From: a virus
DNA: 64,000 nt
Reading direction: 5' to 3' (one strand)
UHGV virus genome: UHGV-0279745
In this document: piece by piece, positions 38,325 through 48,282 of the stretch
Layout: each line of letters starts with the position of its first letter
How positions within the stretch are numbered: the first letter of the stretch is position 1
Program-made: the position numbers and the translations under genes
The notes under the pieces: model-generated
The model's input: only the letters and a program-made list of their open reading frames with translations
What the model was told of the DNA's origin: nothing
Database searches by the model: none

Positions 38325-38966
38325 ATGAGCCGCATTAATTTAACTGATTTTGTTGATGGTGTTGTGTCTACGGATAAAGGTGTTGTTACGATGGTGGCAC
38401 CGAATAGTAAAGTTGTTACTTTAAATCCGGTAGAACTGATTTCTATTTCTACCTGGTTGCGCTTACTTTCTGGTAAGAAACCTAAAGACCAAGCGAAGGG
38501 TGGCTTATTAGTTGGTACACGTGAGTTTGTTTTCAAAGACATAACCCAAGATAAACTGGACAGCATTGCTAAAGAACTGAACGGCAAGCATAAAACTCGT
38601 GACATCGGGTGTGCCGAATATGACGGAGTAACGTACCATGCGTTTCTTGATAGTCACGTAGCATTGCGTGAAAAAGAAAATGGGATGTACGATTCAGTTT
38701 GTTTCTTTCACTTAATCGCACCAACAGAAAACGAAGCTGTGTATGAAACCGTTGAAAAATCGGCGGAAGCTGTTATGGAAACGGTGTCAGAACTTATAGA
38801 AGGGATGAAAAGAATCCCACGTGTGTTGAAAGTTACTGATGGGGCTTTCGATTGTTTTAAATTATTACCCCTAATAGCTAGTAAAGAATACGAAGATGAG
38901 AACACCTTCGGACTATTCGAAATTAGTCTTTCGGAAGCAGTTGTTACTTTCTTTGAAGATTTATGA
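38325..38966 (+). CDS. hypothetical protein
   Basis: Start at ATG 38325 with RBS AGGAG; first gene downstream of the promoter-like element. Confidence 0.6.
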   Translation: MSRINLTDFVDGVVSTDKGVVTMVAPNSKVVTLNPVELISISTWLRLLSGKKPKDQAKGGLLVGTREFVFKDITQDKLDSIAKELNGKHKTRDIGCAEYDGVTYHAFLDSHVALREKENGMYDSVCFFHLIAPTENEAVYETVEKSAEAVMETVSELIEGMKRIPRVLKVTDGAFDCFKLLPLIASKEYEDENTFGLFEISLSEAVVTFFEDL

Positions 38967-38970
38967 GATA

Positions 38971-39000
38971 AAAAACCCTCTACGGAGGGTTTTATTTTTT
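38971..39000 (+). terminator. rho-independent terminator
   Basis: Stem AAACCCTC / GAGGGTTT followed by a T-run. Confidence 0.6.
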
Positions 39001-39020
39001 CGACCTTTAGGAGAATAGAA

Positions 39021-39572
39021 ATGAATAAATTTAATATCTTAGACGCTGAAGTCGTATCTGAAACCAGTTTACAGCAGGAAATCTTTCGTATTCAGTTTGG
39101 CGATAAAACCCTTATCGTCCCACGTCCGGTAATGATTGGACTGGCTATTTTTATTAACTGTGCGCATTGTAATGGTTCTCAACTCTCCACGCTCACTTAC
39201 AACAATTACGAATTCTATATTCCAGAACACCTGGAATACGATCGTTTCATTGCTTTACGTCCGTTCTACAAGTTTATGTTAGACGCAGGTTATTCTACGC
39301 TGACGAAAACATACATTCGTGATTATTCGAAGCTGGAAACCTTTTACCGCCGTCGCGGTTATCGCGTTCCTGAGCCTATTGACGGTTTTCAAACACGCGT
39401 TGTGTTACTTAAACCGCTAGAAAAAGAACAGGCTTGCTATAAACTTGATATCGAGCAGAAGTTACTGCGCGAGGATTTGTTGAATTTATACAACCAGCTT
39501 TCAGTTGTACCGAAAAACACAGTAGAAAACATTCTACCTGATTACGGAATTAGACAATACCAGGAAGGTTAA
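39021..39572 (+). CDS. hypothetical protein
   Basis: 183-aa ORF with RBS AGGAGA. Confidence 0.55.
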   Translation: MNKFNILDAEVVSETSLQQEIFRIQFGDKTLIVPRPVMIGLAIFINCAHCNGSQLSTLTYNNYEFYIPEHLEYDRFIALRPFYKFMLDAGYSTLTKTYIRDYSKLETFYRRRGYRVPEPIDGFQTRVVLLKPLEKEQACYKLDIEQKLLREDLLNLYNQLSVVPKNTVENILPDYGIRQYQEG

Positions 39573-39574
39573 AA

Positions 39575-39880
39575 ATGAAACTCAAAGCCGATGCGATATG
39601 TGTTGTTAAGTTGCCGGAAAGTAATGTGGTGTACTGCGTAAAACGGCTAGACATTCGATTACTGATACCGAGACTTAATGAACCTGGTTGGAATGGGGAT
39701 TTGATGATTCCACTGATCAGACCACTCCCTACGAACGATGGCAATATAACGCATTTGCATATGGAAGCCAAAGGGCGGTACGTTACCGTTTACCATTTAG
39801 CCGATCAGTACAAAACGAGTCGGTATACCCGAAAAGATTTTATACGCCATTTAAGAGGCTCACTGGAGATAAAGAAATGA
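39575..39880 (+). CDS. hypothetical protein
   Basis: 101-aa ORF; its stop overlaps the DHFR start (ATGA). Confidence 0.5.
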   Translation: MKLKADAICVVKLPESNVVYCVKRLDIRLLIPRLNEPGWNGDLMIPLIRPLPTNDGNITHLHMEAKGRYVTVYHLADQYKTSRYTRKDFIRHLRGSLEIKK

Positions 39881-40413
39881 CAATTACAGTTTCGATGATA
39901 GCTGCTGCTGGGTTGAATAACGAAATTGGGAAAGACAATAAATTACCGTGGCGTATTCCCGATGACTTAAAGAATTTTAAGGCACTTACATCAGGTAAGG
40001 TTATCGTGATGGGAAGCAAGACATGGGAATCGTTAGGGTATAAACCCCTGCCTAATCGTCACCATGTCGTGTTGACGAGAAGACCTGGTGGTGTGCCCGA
40101 AATCGATGGGGTGCTTAACCTTAAGGGTGAAATGGGGTCGATTATTGAATTCCTCAAAACCGAGGTTGAGAAAAAGGGTTATCCTAAAGAAATCTTTATT
40201 ATCGGTGGGGCAGAAATTTACCATCAGGCGTTACCTTACGCGAATAAGATTTACTTGTCACGCGTAGAAGTTAAAGTCGATGGTGCGGATGCGTTCTTTC
40301 CTGAAATCGATCGTAACAAGTTTAGACTGGTTTATAACTTAACGCACGCTTCCAAACCGGATAGCGATGTCCCACGTTGGCATTATCAGATTTGGAAAAG
40401 AGATGGGCACTGA
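39877..40413 (+). CDS. frd: dihydrofolate reductase
   Basis: 178 aa; LPW, VIVMGSKTWESLG, PLPNRHHVVLT, IIGGAEIY and IYLSRVEVKVDGADAFFP match conserved DHFR blocks (compare E. coli VIMGRHTWESIG, IGGGRVYEQ). Confidence 0.9.
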   Translation: MTITVSMIAAAGLNNEIGKDNKLPWRIPDDLKNFKALTSGKVIVMGSKTWESLGYKPLPNRHHVVLTRRPGGVPEIDGVLNLKGEMGSIIEFLKTEVEKKGYPKEIFIIGGAEIYHQALPYANKIYLSRVEVKVDGADAFFPEIDRNKFRLVYNLTHASKPDSDVPRWHYQIWKRDGH

Positions 40414-40712
40414 GTTTGTAACCTTAGAAAAGCTCTTTTTAGGTAGAGTTGCGAAAGGGAAAATAGCACGCTTCACCTGGTATCCTTCTCCTGTAAAGCA
40501 CGCGTTTATACGCCGTTTACATCAAGAGAAAAGCGTCAGGTTGATCTTGATAGTGTTGTTCGAAAACAACCGTGGGCTGTTGATTAACAATCAGCGTTTT
40601 GCGGCAGAGATTTGGGCAACCACATCTGGGGGTGAGGAAGCGTCTGTTGGCTTCGCTAACGATGAGATTATCTTTGAAGGTATACCTTATCTGTTATAGG
40701 TAGGTTAAACGT

Positions 40713-40747
40713 AAAAGGGGACTTCGGTTCCCTTTTATTTTTTTTTT
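40713..40747 (+). terminator. rho-independent terminator
   Basis: Imperfect stem AAGGGGAC / GTTCCCTT followed by a T-run. Confidence 0.5.
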
Positions 40748-40789
40748 CATTTCGCGCCTGTGATATGACTATAACGAAGGAACAAGCCA

Positions 40790-42298
40790 ATGCAACAGTA
40801 TTTTGAAATTCCGTCGTTAGACGCGACCATTCGCAAACCAATAATCGATGGCGTTATACAACGTGTACTTAATGAGTCTGGTATTGATACAGCAGCGGTT
40901 GTTTTCCTCGATGAATTCAATAGCGCCCATCAACCGGATTCTACTTTAGGTGACGGTACTGAAGTAGAGTACAGTTCACCTGAAAAGGTTTACGTTGAAG
41001 TAGAAGAAGAACGTGATGAGTGGGCCAGAATCAATCGTCAGGTTGGTCAGCAGGCTGAACCGTACTTCTTTGAGAACCGTGTCGATCAGGTACGCGCCTG
41101 GCCCGTTAGAACGATGTATAACGTAACAGTAACGTTACGACGTACCAGTGCCTCACGTGATGAGTTATTGCGCTGGACGAACCGTTTAGACTCATTAGTG
41201 GACATGGGCCGTTATTCGACCATGACAGAGTCAGAAGCGTTCTATTATATCCCTAAACCCGCGTTAAAGTTGTTGAATGCCTGCTACGTTGCTGCAGGAA
41301 CACGAGTACCGACGTTTGACGATTTTAAAGCTTATTTGAAAGCGTATTTTACGCCCGACGTATTTCGTGCAGCCAATGTTGCCGGGGGGCAGGAAACCAT
41401 TGCGGTACGTTACGCACCTACGCGTTTAGAAACGGTATATGACGTTCAAACACCGGCTTGGGATAAAGATGAAAACCACTGGGAAGCAACGTTCGTTATC
41501 CGTTTCTCTTATCAGCGCCCTGAAGAGATTGTGGTATCGTATCCGTATATCATCAATCAGACACCACTGCCCGATGAATATTGGCCGGAGATAGATCCTC
41601 CGTGGGTATCTAACGAGGAGTTAGTTTACCGCCATCCACAACAGAAGAATCTCGATTCAACCTGGTGGATTAACGAAACTCGTCAGTATATTCGTCTCCC
41701 GTATTTGTTATCTCCCACGGAACAGTTCCATCGTACGCACTCCCCGCTTAAAGATAAACTCTTACCGATTTTCGGTACAGATGTTGTTTTTGAACCGGAC
41801 AACATGTTATCGCCGAAGGTGATGTCTACGGAAGATTTACCTTACGAATGGAACGAAGCGTTGCTACCGTATATCGAACATTGTCGTGCGATCGACCCGA
41901 CAGGACAGACGGGTGTTTTCCGTATCGAGCTGTTCGAAGAGGGACAGATTATCGAACCGCGTTTCTACCATTGGGAAGGAAATACGTTTTCGCTTAAAGG
42001 TCGTGACCTGAAAGTAAATAAGGGTTATTACTTAACCGAATCGGTCATGTTTGACTGGCGTGGAATGAACCTCTGGCCATTACAGTTATATCCACAGGCA
42101 GCGAAAGTATTAATTGAGTGGTTGTTCCCGAAATGGGACGTTCCTGATTGGTGGTGGGATAAGCCGGTGTTACCGCCGAGTGTTATCGATGACATTAATA
42201 AACTGATTCCGAACGTAGAAGCCCGTGTGTTATTGACGGTGCTGAACTCGACCATTATTACCATGCGAGGAACAGAGAATGCTCAAAGCGAAGCGTGA
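40790..42298 (+). CDS. hypothetical protein (first gene of a coupled five-gene array, possibly structural)
   Basis: 502-aa ORF; RBS GAAGGAA. Confidence 0.6.
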   Translation: MQQYFEIPSLDATIRKPIIDGVIQRVLNESGIDTAAVVFLDEFNSAHQPDSTLGDGTEVEYSSPEKVYVEVEEERDEWARINRQVGQQAEPYFFENRVDQVRAWPVRTMYNVTVTLRRTSASRDELLRWTNRLDSLVDMGRYSTMTESEAFYYIPKPALKLLNACYVAAGTRVPTFDDFKAYLKAYFTPDVFRAANVAGGQETIAVRYAPTRLETVYDVQTPAWDKDENHWEATFVIRFSYQRPEEIVVSYPYIINQTPLPDEYWPEIDPPWVSNEELVYRHPQQKNLDSTWWINETRQYIRLPYLLSPTEQFHRTHSPLKDKLLPIFGTDVVFEPDNMLSPKVMSTEDLPYEWNEALLPYIEHCRAIDPTGQTGVFRIELFEEGQIIEPRFYHWEGNTFSLKGRDLKVNKGYYLTESVMFDWRGMNLWPLQLYPQAAKVLIEWLFPKWDVPDWWWDKPVLPPSVIDDINKLIPNVEARVLLTVLNSTIITMRGTENAQSEA

Positions 42299-43649
42299 TA
42301 AACCGTCTTCTTTCGAACCGGTGGAACGCCCGATCCCTGAGTTGAATAAACCACAAGACGGTGTGAAAGAAACCACGAACGTGGTGACACAACCGACACG
42401 TACAACGGTGACGGATTTAGAGCGTATACCGAAACAGTACCTGATGAAGTACCTGGAAGGGTCTTCCTGGACAGTGGATTTCTTTAATTTCCTGAAAGGG
42501 CGTAATGACGCGAAGAAATTCTTCGATTCGAAGGTACTTACGCCTGACCAGCAAGTAGAGAAAATCATCGGGTTAGAATTGCGGGTTACCACACCGTTAG
42601 ATCGTTCTCAGGATACAACGAACAAAACGTTCACCATGTCTGGTGCCGCAACAATGGCGAACTCGGTGATTCCCAACGAAGGGTGTTTTTTCGTTGCCCC
42701 GATTGGAGACGGACGGTTCGCGTTGTTCAATGTCACGAACGTCGTGCGGATGTCCAATAACAAAATTGCAACGTATAACATTGAATATACGCTGCTGTTT
42801 GAAGTTGATCCAGAAGTTGCAGAAACCATTCGCCGGTGTACGGTCCGTGAGTATTATTACGTTTCTGAACGTGCCTGGACGGGCGGTGATACGTTACTGA
42901 CACCGAAAGAATATCGTGCGTTTTTGAAGGTCGTTGATGCGATTGCAGACATTGAACAGACTTACGTAAAACGGTTTTACGATGGGGAAACGGCAACGTT
43001 GCTTTTCCCGCACGATCGGCACAGCGATGGGTTGCGTAGCCGTGCGTACTACGATGTGTTCTTAGCACAGTTCGTACGCTCTGTAGGCTTACGCACTGTT
43101 GGTAAAGATATTCAAATCTATCCACACCCGCCAATGCGTGTGGAAGATATTGAAACGGTCTGGACAGCGTTGTTAAATCAATCGCCAACGTTCTTAGCGG
43201 ATTACAAACGTGATTCTAGTGTCTGGCAGGTAAAAACCTTCCGTACGATGCAGCATCGAAATTCTGTGACCTGGTCATTAATTTCGGATACCAGATTCTT
43301 TACCGATGAATTAAAACCGGGCTATGGGATGGCGCAACGTTTCCCTGGACAGTGGCCGAAGTGGACGGAGTTTGAACCGGTTGAAGTGGAGAACTATCGG
43401 GGTAATGAAGGTGAATCAATCCCTGCATTTCTACCACTGACTTACGAACCGTATTTGTTAAGCCCAACGTTCTACGAGGGCTCGTACAGTTCGTTATTAG
43501 AATACGGTTTATATCTCTATCTGAATAAACGCCCACTGTCAACGGTAATTGCATTACGGTTGTTTGAAGAAGTTTACCGTTTGCCAAAGGATGCGCAGTT
43601 CTACTATATTCCGATGGTGTATTTGTTGTTACGGTATGCGAGGGATTAA
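42279..43649 (+). CDS. hypothetical protein
   Basis: 456-aa ORF; RBS GAGGAACAGAGA; overlaps the upstream gene. Confidence 0.6.
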   Translation: MLKAKRDKPSSFEPVERPIPELNKPQDGVKETTNVVTQPTRTTVTDLERIPKQYLMKYLEGSSWTVDFFNFLKGRNDAKKFFDSKVLTPDQQVEKIIGLELRVTTPLDRSQDTTNKTFTMSGAATMANSVIPNEGCFFVAPIGDGRFALFNVTNVVRMSNNKIATYNIEYTLLFEVDPEVAETIRRCTVREYYYVSERAWTGGDTLLTPKEYRAFLKVVDAIADIEQTYVKRFYDGETATLLFPHDRHSDGLRSRAYYDVFLAQFVRSVGLRTVGKDIQIYPHPPMRVEDIETVWTALLNQSPTFLADYKRDSSVWQVKTFRTMQHRNSVTWSLISDTRFFTDELKPGYGMAQRFPGQWPKWTEFEPVEVENYRGNEGESIPAFLPLTYEPYLLSPTFYEGSYSSLLEYGLYLYLNKRPLSTVIALRLFEEVYRLPKDAQFYYIPMVYLLLRYARD

Positions 43650-43650
43650 C

Positions 43651-44190
43651 GTGGCTGAAAAACGTAGCGCAGCATTTATGCTGTTTCACAAGTGGGTGGG
43701 GTGGCGTGTCCCTGAATGGACGACGATTTCAACGTACATGTCTCAGGAACATGGGTTGTTCTTACCGGAAGACGAGAAAAAAGCACGCGCGATACTGCTC
43801 AATAAAAAGACTGTATACATGCGACCTTTCGAAGTTGCGGTTTATGCAGAATCAGGCGCAGCATTAGACGTCCACGACCCACATGACGGGATCATCGTGT
43901 ACGGGTATATCATGGAACACTTAGCTGATTGGCTAAATTACATGCAGACCCCACACCTGACAACACGTAAAGTCCCTATGGAGGGCTTGCGTCAGTTTAA
44001 TGCGTTAGCGCGTAAACTGTTCCCGGTAGCGAACCGTTACGGTTACTTTAAGAAACCTGAAGTAACAATGGCGGTTTCCGTACAAGCGTTATTTGGCGAA
44101 GTCCGATTGGAAACAGAACGGCATCAGTTCAACGATACGATTATGCACCGTATTGAACAGATATACCGTAGACGTGGAGGAATTCTGTAA
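43651..44190 (+). CDS. hypothetical protein
   Basis: Start placed at GTG 43651 with RBS GAGGGA; the track's start at 43549 would overlap the upstream gene by 100 nt. Confidence 0.45.
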   Translation: MAEKRSAAFMLFHKWVGWRVPEWTTISTYMSQEHGLFLPEDEKKARAILLNKKTVYMRPFEVAVYAESGAALDVHDPHDGIIVYGYIMEHLADWLNYMQTPHLTTRKVPMEGLRQFNALARKLFPVANRYGYFKKPEVTMAVSVQALFGEVRLETERHQFNDTIMHRIEQIYRRRGGIL

Positions 44191-45509
44191 TGTCGTTTGG
44201 TCGGTTACAGAACATAGCAAACGTGCACATTGCACAAGCGGCGGGATTACCGGCCATCGACTACGTACCCCTTATCACGGTCCGTGGGGTGACGATTGAC
44301 GTTTACAAAACCATGTCGATAATCCATGCCAGTAATTTCGCTCAGGATTTAACGACCATCACGCACCTCAGTGTGGTGATTCCACTGAGCCAGCAACGTA
44401 TTCTTACGTCGTCAGCAGAAGGGGATTTATCAGTTAAAATCCTGATGCGGACAATGAACAAGAAAACCATTGCGCAACTGAACTACCGAGGAATTGTGGT
44501 TAACAACCACGATCCAGATATGGAATCACCTACAATGTTTTTGGGTGAATCTGACCAAAAAGGGTTGGGCGTGGTAACGTTGGAACTGATGGACGAATCG
44601 ATGTGGTTCCTTCGTTGTCGTCAGGTAGGTGGGATTTACCACGAAACCGATGGATTAAGTGTCGTTCGTGCATTACTTGCAGATACGTTACCTACCGGGG
44701 ATGCACCAGAAGGTCAGTTGGTTGGTGTGGAATACGAGGAAGAAGAACAACAGCCTTATCGCGACATTTTGATTCCCGATTCGCAAAGTTTTCTTTCGGT
44801 TTTCGATTTCATTCAGAACCGCTACGGTGTGTATAGCCAAGGATTAGGTGTCTTCTTGTATAAACACCGTTGGCATATCTTTCAACCGTGGGATTCTAAG
44901 AAATTCTCTTCGGCAAAAAAGAAACTGGTGGTAATTAACCTTCCCAGAGAGAAAGTTGCCTATTTAGATAAAACGTGTCACATTGCAGGTGACGTCATTT
45001 ATCTGATTTGTGGTGGCGATGTTCACACCTTCGAAGACAAAGACGCCCTTGCGCTAAATCAGGGAACGGGTTACCGCGTGGGTTCAATCCGTGCCTTAGA
45101 CGGACGTGCAAGTTCTTTCTCTCCAGGCGACGTTTCAGCAACGACGTCAGATTCGTTTGTTTCGGCAGCAGACCCTACACAGTACCCCGGTGGTGTTGTT
45201 AATGCGCCTATTGATCCAAACGAGCACTTCAGCGACACGGATAAGCCTCGTCGTTCTAAGTTGGCTGCCGCCAGAGGGACACTGACCGCAACGACCTGGA
45301 ACCGTTCAGCGTACGGTTTATTGCAGCCGGGTATGGCAGTAAAATATCTGTATGCGAATAATTACGGTGTATACACTCGTTATGGGACGTTGGTTGGTGA
45401 AGTTTTCCAAGCTGCCGTTGACGGTGGTTCGATGGCGTCCCCACAATTTAATACCATTAGTCAATTGACGTTGTGGTTGACTAATGAAAAATTTACAACC
45501 GCTACGTAA
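44190..45509 (+). CDS. hypothetical protein
   Basis: 439-aa ORF; RBS GGAGGA; start overlaps the upstream stop. Confidence 0.6.
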   Translation: MSFGRLQNIANVHIAQAAGLPAIDYVPLITVRGVTIDVYKTMSIIHASNFAQDLTTITHLSVVIPLSQQRILTSSAEGDLSVKILMRTMNKKTIAQLNYRGIVVNNHDPDMESPTMFLGESDQKGLGVVTLELMDESMWFLRCRQVGGIYHETDGLSVVRALLADTLPTGDAPEGQLVGVEYEEEEQQPYRDILIPDSQSFLSVFDFIQNRYGVYSQGLGVFLYKHRWHIFQPWDSKKFSSAKKKLVVINLPREKVAYLDKTCHIAGDVIYLICGGDVHTFEDKDALALNQGTGYRVGSIRALDGRASSFSPGDVSATTSDSFVSAADPTQYPGGVVNAPIDPNEHFSDTDKPRRSKLAAARGTLTATTWNRSAYGLLQPGMAVKYLYANNYGVYTRYGTLVGEVFQAAVDGGSMASPQFNTISQLTLWLTNEKFTTAT

Positions 45510-45541
45510 ATTATGTCGTCCGTAACCTAAAGGATTTGTTA

Positions 45542-46342
45542 ATGAGTAATCTACTTACTTTCAGAATGTCTGGCCAAACGTTAATTCAAATCGACAAGTT
45601 CGAAGAAGAGAATTTTTCGAAACCGTCGAAGTTGTTAGAACGTTGCCTTAATGTTATTCCCGGTGGCGAACAACGCCAGTTGGATTACATCATGGCGTCC
45701 AGTGCTGACAAAACGATTTCTGTTATTTATACCGTAGACGGTGTACAGAATTGTCGCTTATTACCAATCGAAGAAAAAGGGACGTTAGGTCATTTGTTGT
45801 TCCTGCACGCGATCACAACTGCCGTGGTGTCTGGTGCTTTAGAAGCGCAATACGGCTTTGCTTATTGTTACTTCTATGCTCAGAAATTAGCTGCAGCGGT
45901 TATTCCAGGGCAACAAGAAACCTATCCTCAGTATATTGAACGTATTCTCCCTTCACACTTTAGTGAGTCGGAAGACTACGACTTCAATGCGTTTCGTTTT
46001 ACCGTGGTGGGCGAAGCCCGCGATCCTGAATACACAACAGCGGTTCGTGCGGTGGTGCGCTATTCTGTTATTTCTACAGACAGCGGTACATCAAATAACT
46101 TTAATGAAGTGTATCCGGTCTTGCAGTTAGGTCCTTATGTGACTTTCAACAGCTACGTACCATTCAGTTGTCAGCTTGTGGGTCCGCAGGATAACGATTC
46201 TATTCTCCCTGTTGCGGAAGAAAAGTCATTGTTTATTCGCGAATCTGTAGAAGCTATTAGCGATAAGCGCTTTATGATTTCTTCGAAGACGGGCATTAAC
46301 GATCCTGAAATCGCTGTAATGGATAAGATGCAAGGTCTGTAA
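45542..46342 (+). CDS. hypothetical protein
   Basis: Start at ATG 45542 preceded by CCTAAAGGA. Confidence 0.55.
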   Translation: MSNLLTFRMSGQTLIQIDKFEEENFSKPSKLLERCLNVIPGGEQRQLDYIMASSADKTISVIYTVDGVQNCRLLPIEEKGTLGHLLFLHAITTAVVSGALEAQYGFAYCYFYAQKLAAAVIPGQQETYPQYIERILPSHFSESEDYDFNAFRFTVVGEARDPEYTTAVRAVVRYSVISTDSGTSNNFNEVYPVLQLGPYVTFNSYVPFSCQLVGPQDNDSILPVAEEKSLFIRESVEAISDKRFMISSKTGINDPEIAVMDKMQGL

Positions 46343-46346
46343 AAAC

Positions 46347-46390
46347 TTCCCGTTACCTCTATGGGTAACGGGAATACCTTTTATTTATTC
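46347..46390 (+). terminator. rho-independent terminator
   Basis: Stem CCCGTTACC / GGTAACGGG followed by a T-rich tract. Confidence 0.55.
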
Positions 46391-46504
46391 CTAAACGACA
46401 CGCAGAAGTCATTTAACCGTTAAGACGACTAATTACCCTTTAAAAAGAAAATTGCGTCAGAATGCGTTTTAGAGCGTTCTAGAGGGTATATGGATTCAAA
46501 AAGA

Positions 46505-46546
46505 TTTCAGATATATATTACCTAGGTGAGAGTTTACGTAATACTC
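46505..46546 (+). promoter_or_regulatory. candidate phage promoter (TATATTAC core), second copy
   Basis: Same 27-nt element as 38248-38274; TATATTAC at 46514-46521; imperfect inverted repeat downstream; about 64 nt upstream of ATG 46578. Confidence 0.5.
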
Positions 46547-46577
46547 ATTTATCGAATACCTAATTAGGAGTTATATC

Positions 46578-46721
46578 ATGATTTCTGTAAAACACAAAAA
46601 AGCTATCTTCGCTGTTGTTATCGCTGTTGTTCTGGGCTGCCTGTATCTGGACATCGACAAAGGCTACGACACTTGCATTGACAACGGTAATTCCGTTGCA
46701 CAGTGCACTGGTCGCGGTTAA
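46578..46721 (+). CDS. putative small lipoprotein or membrane peptide (47 aa)
   Basis: Not in the ORF track (under 60 aa). RBS AGGAG; n-region KHKK, hydrophobic AIFAVVIAVV, lipobox-like VLGC, three Cys in the predicted mature part; optimised codons; followed by terminator at 46726-46758. Confidence 0.45.
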   Translation: MISVKHKKAIFAVVIAVVLGCLYLDIDKGYDTCIDNGNSVAQCTGRG

Positions 46722-46725
46722 TGTA

Positions 46726-46758
46726 TAAGGCACCTTCGGGTGCCCTTAATTTTTTTAT
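46726..46758 (+). terminator. rho-independent terminator
   Basis: Stem AAGGCACC / GGTGCC(C)TT with TTCG loop, followed by a T-run. Confidence 0.55.
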
Positions 46759-46775
46759 TAATTGGAGCATAAAAG

Positions 46776-47591
46776 ATGATTACCATTAAAGATTATTTTC
46801 CGCGTGGACTGAGCAATGAAAACTTCGTTCCAACTGAAGACATTGCCATCGTAACAGAGTCTAGTGATAAGTCTTTTAAACTCTACTTGAGTACGGCAGC
46901 AGGAAAATCCACTCTTATCCTTCGCGAACCTGAGGTGATAAGCATCTGCTCGTTTGGGGGCGGTGTAGAAGGAACGATTAATTGGTTGAAATCCAGAATG
47001 CATCGTTTGCTTATCGTGAACACCGATCCTGTGATTCGTTTACAGCAATTGAAATCGTTGAATGAAGTTATCGTCGGATTATTGGAACATGAAATGTTCG
47101 GTAATGCTGCGATTGCGGAAGAGATTAAATCTGTAGAACTAATCGAGTGGAGTGATATCGAATACGAACGTGCTGCGTTATTCGCAATGTACGGTGACGA
47201 TAATCCTGTTGTGTTTGCACAAACATTAGATAACGTTACAGTAACAGCGCGCGTATTGTTTGGCTTACAGCGTGTTGAGTTTGAACTGAAACACGTTTAT
47301 GTAAGTAATGCTCCAGAGATGGTGGAAACGTTGACTCGTGCGTTCGCTTACCCGTTAGACGGAGAATGGGAACAGCAGATTAATGAAGCGTTAGGTGCGA
47401 TGCTGTTCTTAGCAGGCACACTAAGGAAAGAAGAGAAATTAGAAGGTCGTGTCTATCCAGAATACGATTTTGTTTGTGAAGAATGTGGAGCACAGTATCA
47501 AATACGTGTTCCTTTAACCGGCCTGACAATCCCGAAAGCCAACGTGCAATGTAAGGAATGTGGTCATGTTCAATACGTAGCGATTAAATAA
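46776..47591 (+). CDS. hypothetical protein with C-terminal CxxC...CxxC zinc-ribbon-like motif
   Basis: 271-aa ORF; RBS GGAG; C-terminus CEECG-(x22)-CKECG. Confidence 0.6.
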   Translation: MITIKDYFPRGLSNENFVPTEDIAIVTESSDKSFKLYLSTAAGKSTLILREPEVISICSFGGGVEGTINWLKSRMHRLLIVNTDPVIRLQQLKSLNEVIVGLLEHEMFGNAAIAEEIKSVELIEWSDIEYERAALFAMYGDDNPVVFAQTLDNVTVTARVLFGLQRVEFELKHVYVSNAPEMVETLTRAFAYPLDGEWEQQINEALGAMLFLAGTLRKEEKLEGRVYPEYDFVCEECGAQYQIRVPLTGLTIPKANVQCKECGHVQYVAIK

Positions 47592-47604
47592 AAGCAACCC
47601 CTAA

Positions 47605-47650
47605 TCCCGAAAAGGATTAGGGGTACACTTTATTTATTTTCGCATTTTCA
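47605..47650 (+). terminator. rho-independent terminator
   Basis: Stem CCCCTAATCC / GGATTAGGGG followed by a T-rich tract. Confidence 0.6.
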
Positions 47651-47667
47651 ACATAGGAGAAAAGTTC

Positions 47668-47826
47668 ATGAAACATGAACAGTTGTTTCAAAGGCTAAAC
47701 GAGTTGTCCGTAAAACAGCTCGAATTTCAACGAAGGGTTAGTGAAATAGCGCAACCAACGTTAACTCAGCCCAAAGTTGCTTATCCAAGAAACACCCAGT
47801 TGATAGTTGAAAGGAGAAGTAACTGA
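47668..47826 (+). CDS. hypothetical small protein (52 aa)
   Basis: Not in the ORF track; RBS AGGAGA 7 nt upstream of the ATG; followed by a hairpin cluster. Confidence 0.35.
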   Translation: MKHEQLFQRLNELSVKQLEFQRRVSEIAQPTLTQPKVAYPRNTQLIVERRSN

Positions 47827-47833
47827 TAAAAAA

Positions 47834-47922
47834 CAAGGGGTGTGTCAGCACCCCTTTTCTTAGCTTTAACTTTTCCGAAGAGAAGTTAAAGCAAGGTACG
47901 CTGCACCAACAGCGTACCTTTT
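47834..47922 (+). terminator. cluster of three consecutive stem-loops (terminator or structured RNA)
   Basis: Hairpins AAGGGGTG/CACCCCTT (47835-47856), CTTTAACTT/AAGTTAAAG (47864-47891) and GGTACGCTG/CAGCGTACC (47895-47918) followed by TTTT. Confidence 0.45.
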
Positions 47923-48114
47923 ACAGCACCATTACGGAAACGTAATGGATTTCTTTAATCACCCTACAAAGAGGGCTTATACCATGAACAATGGTTACTA
48001 CTTTACTGACAAAATGCTTGCAGAACAGAGTGCAACAGAGACTGGCGGAACAGTCTCTGCTGTACGGTGTCAACACATAAAGTTGTTGACGTTTTTACAA
48101 CATTACGAAAGGTA

Positions 48115-48282
48115 ATGAAAATGAACGAATATCAAATACAGATGTTCAATACCGCGATGCGAAATCGTGAAAAACAAATTCAGTTTAACCAACGCATGGA
48201 CGAATATGTTCGTCTCGGCCTCGTTGCGGCACCGAAAACGGTTAACAACCACAATGTTCACCAACCACCTGTAAGGAGATAA
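48115..48282 (+). CDS. hypothetical small protein (about 55 aa)
   Basis: ATG at 48115 or 48121 with GAAAGG upstream; the track's GTG-extended version is 48067-48282; followed by a hairpin at 48299-48319. Confidence 0.35.
   Translation: MKMNEYQIQMFNTAMRNREKQIQFNQRMDEYVRLGLVAAPKTVNNHNVHQPPVRR

Noticed and set aside
39688-40413. Longer 241-aa version of the DHFR ORF
   Set aside because: The conserved DHFR fold begins at the Met of MTITVSMIAAAGLNNEIG (39877), which overlaps the upstream gene stop as ATGA; the 5' extension overlaps 39575-39880 in another frame and has no RBS.
48067-48125. Host sigma70-like promoter TTGACG with possible -10 upstream of the small ORF
   Set aside because: Spacing between TTGACG (48085-48090) and any TATAAT-like hexamer is not canonical; not supported.
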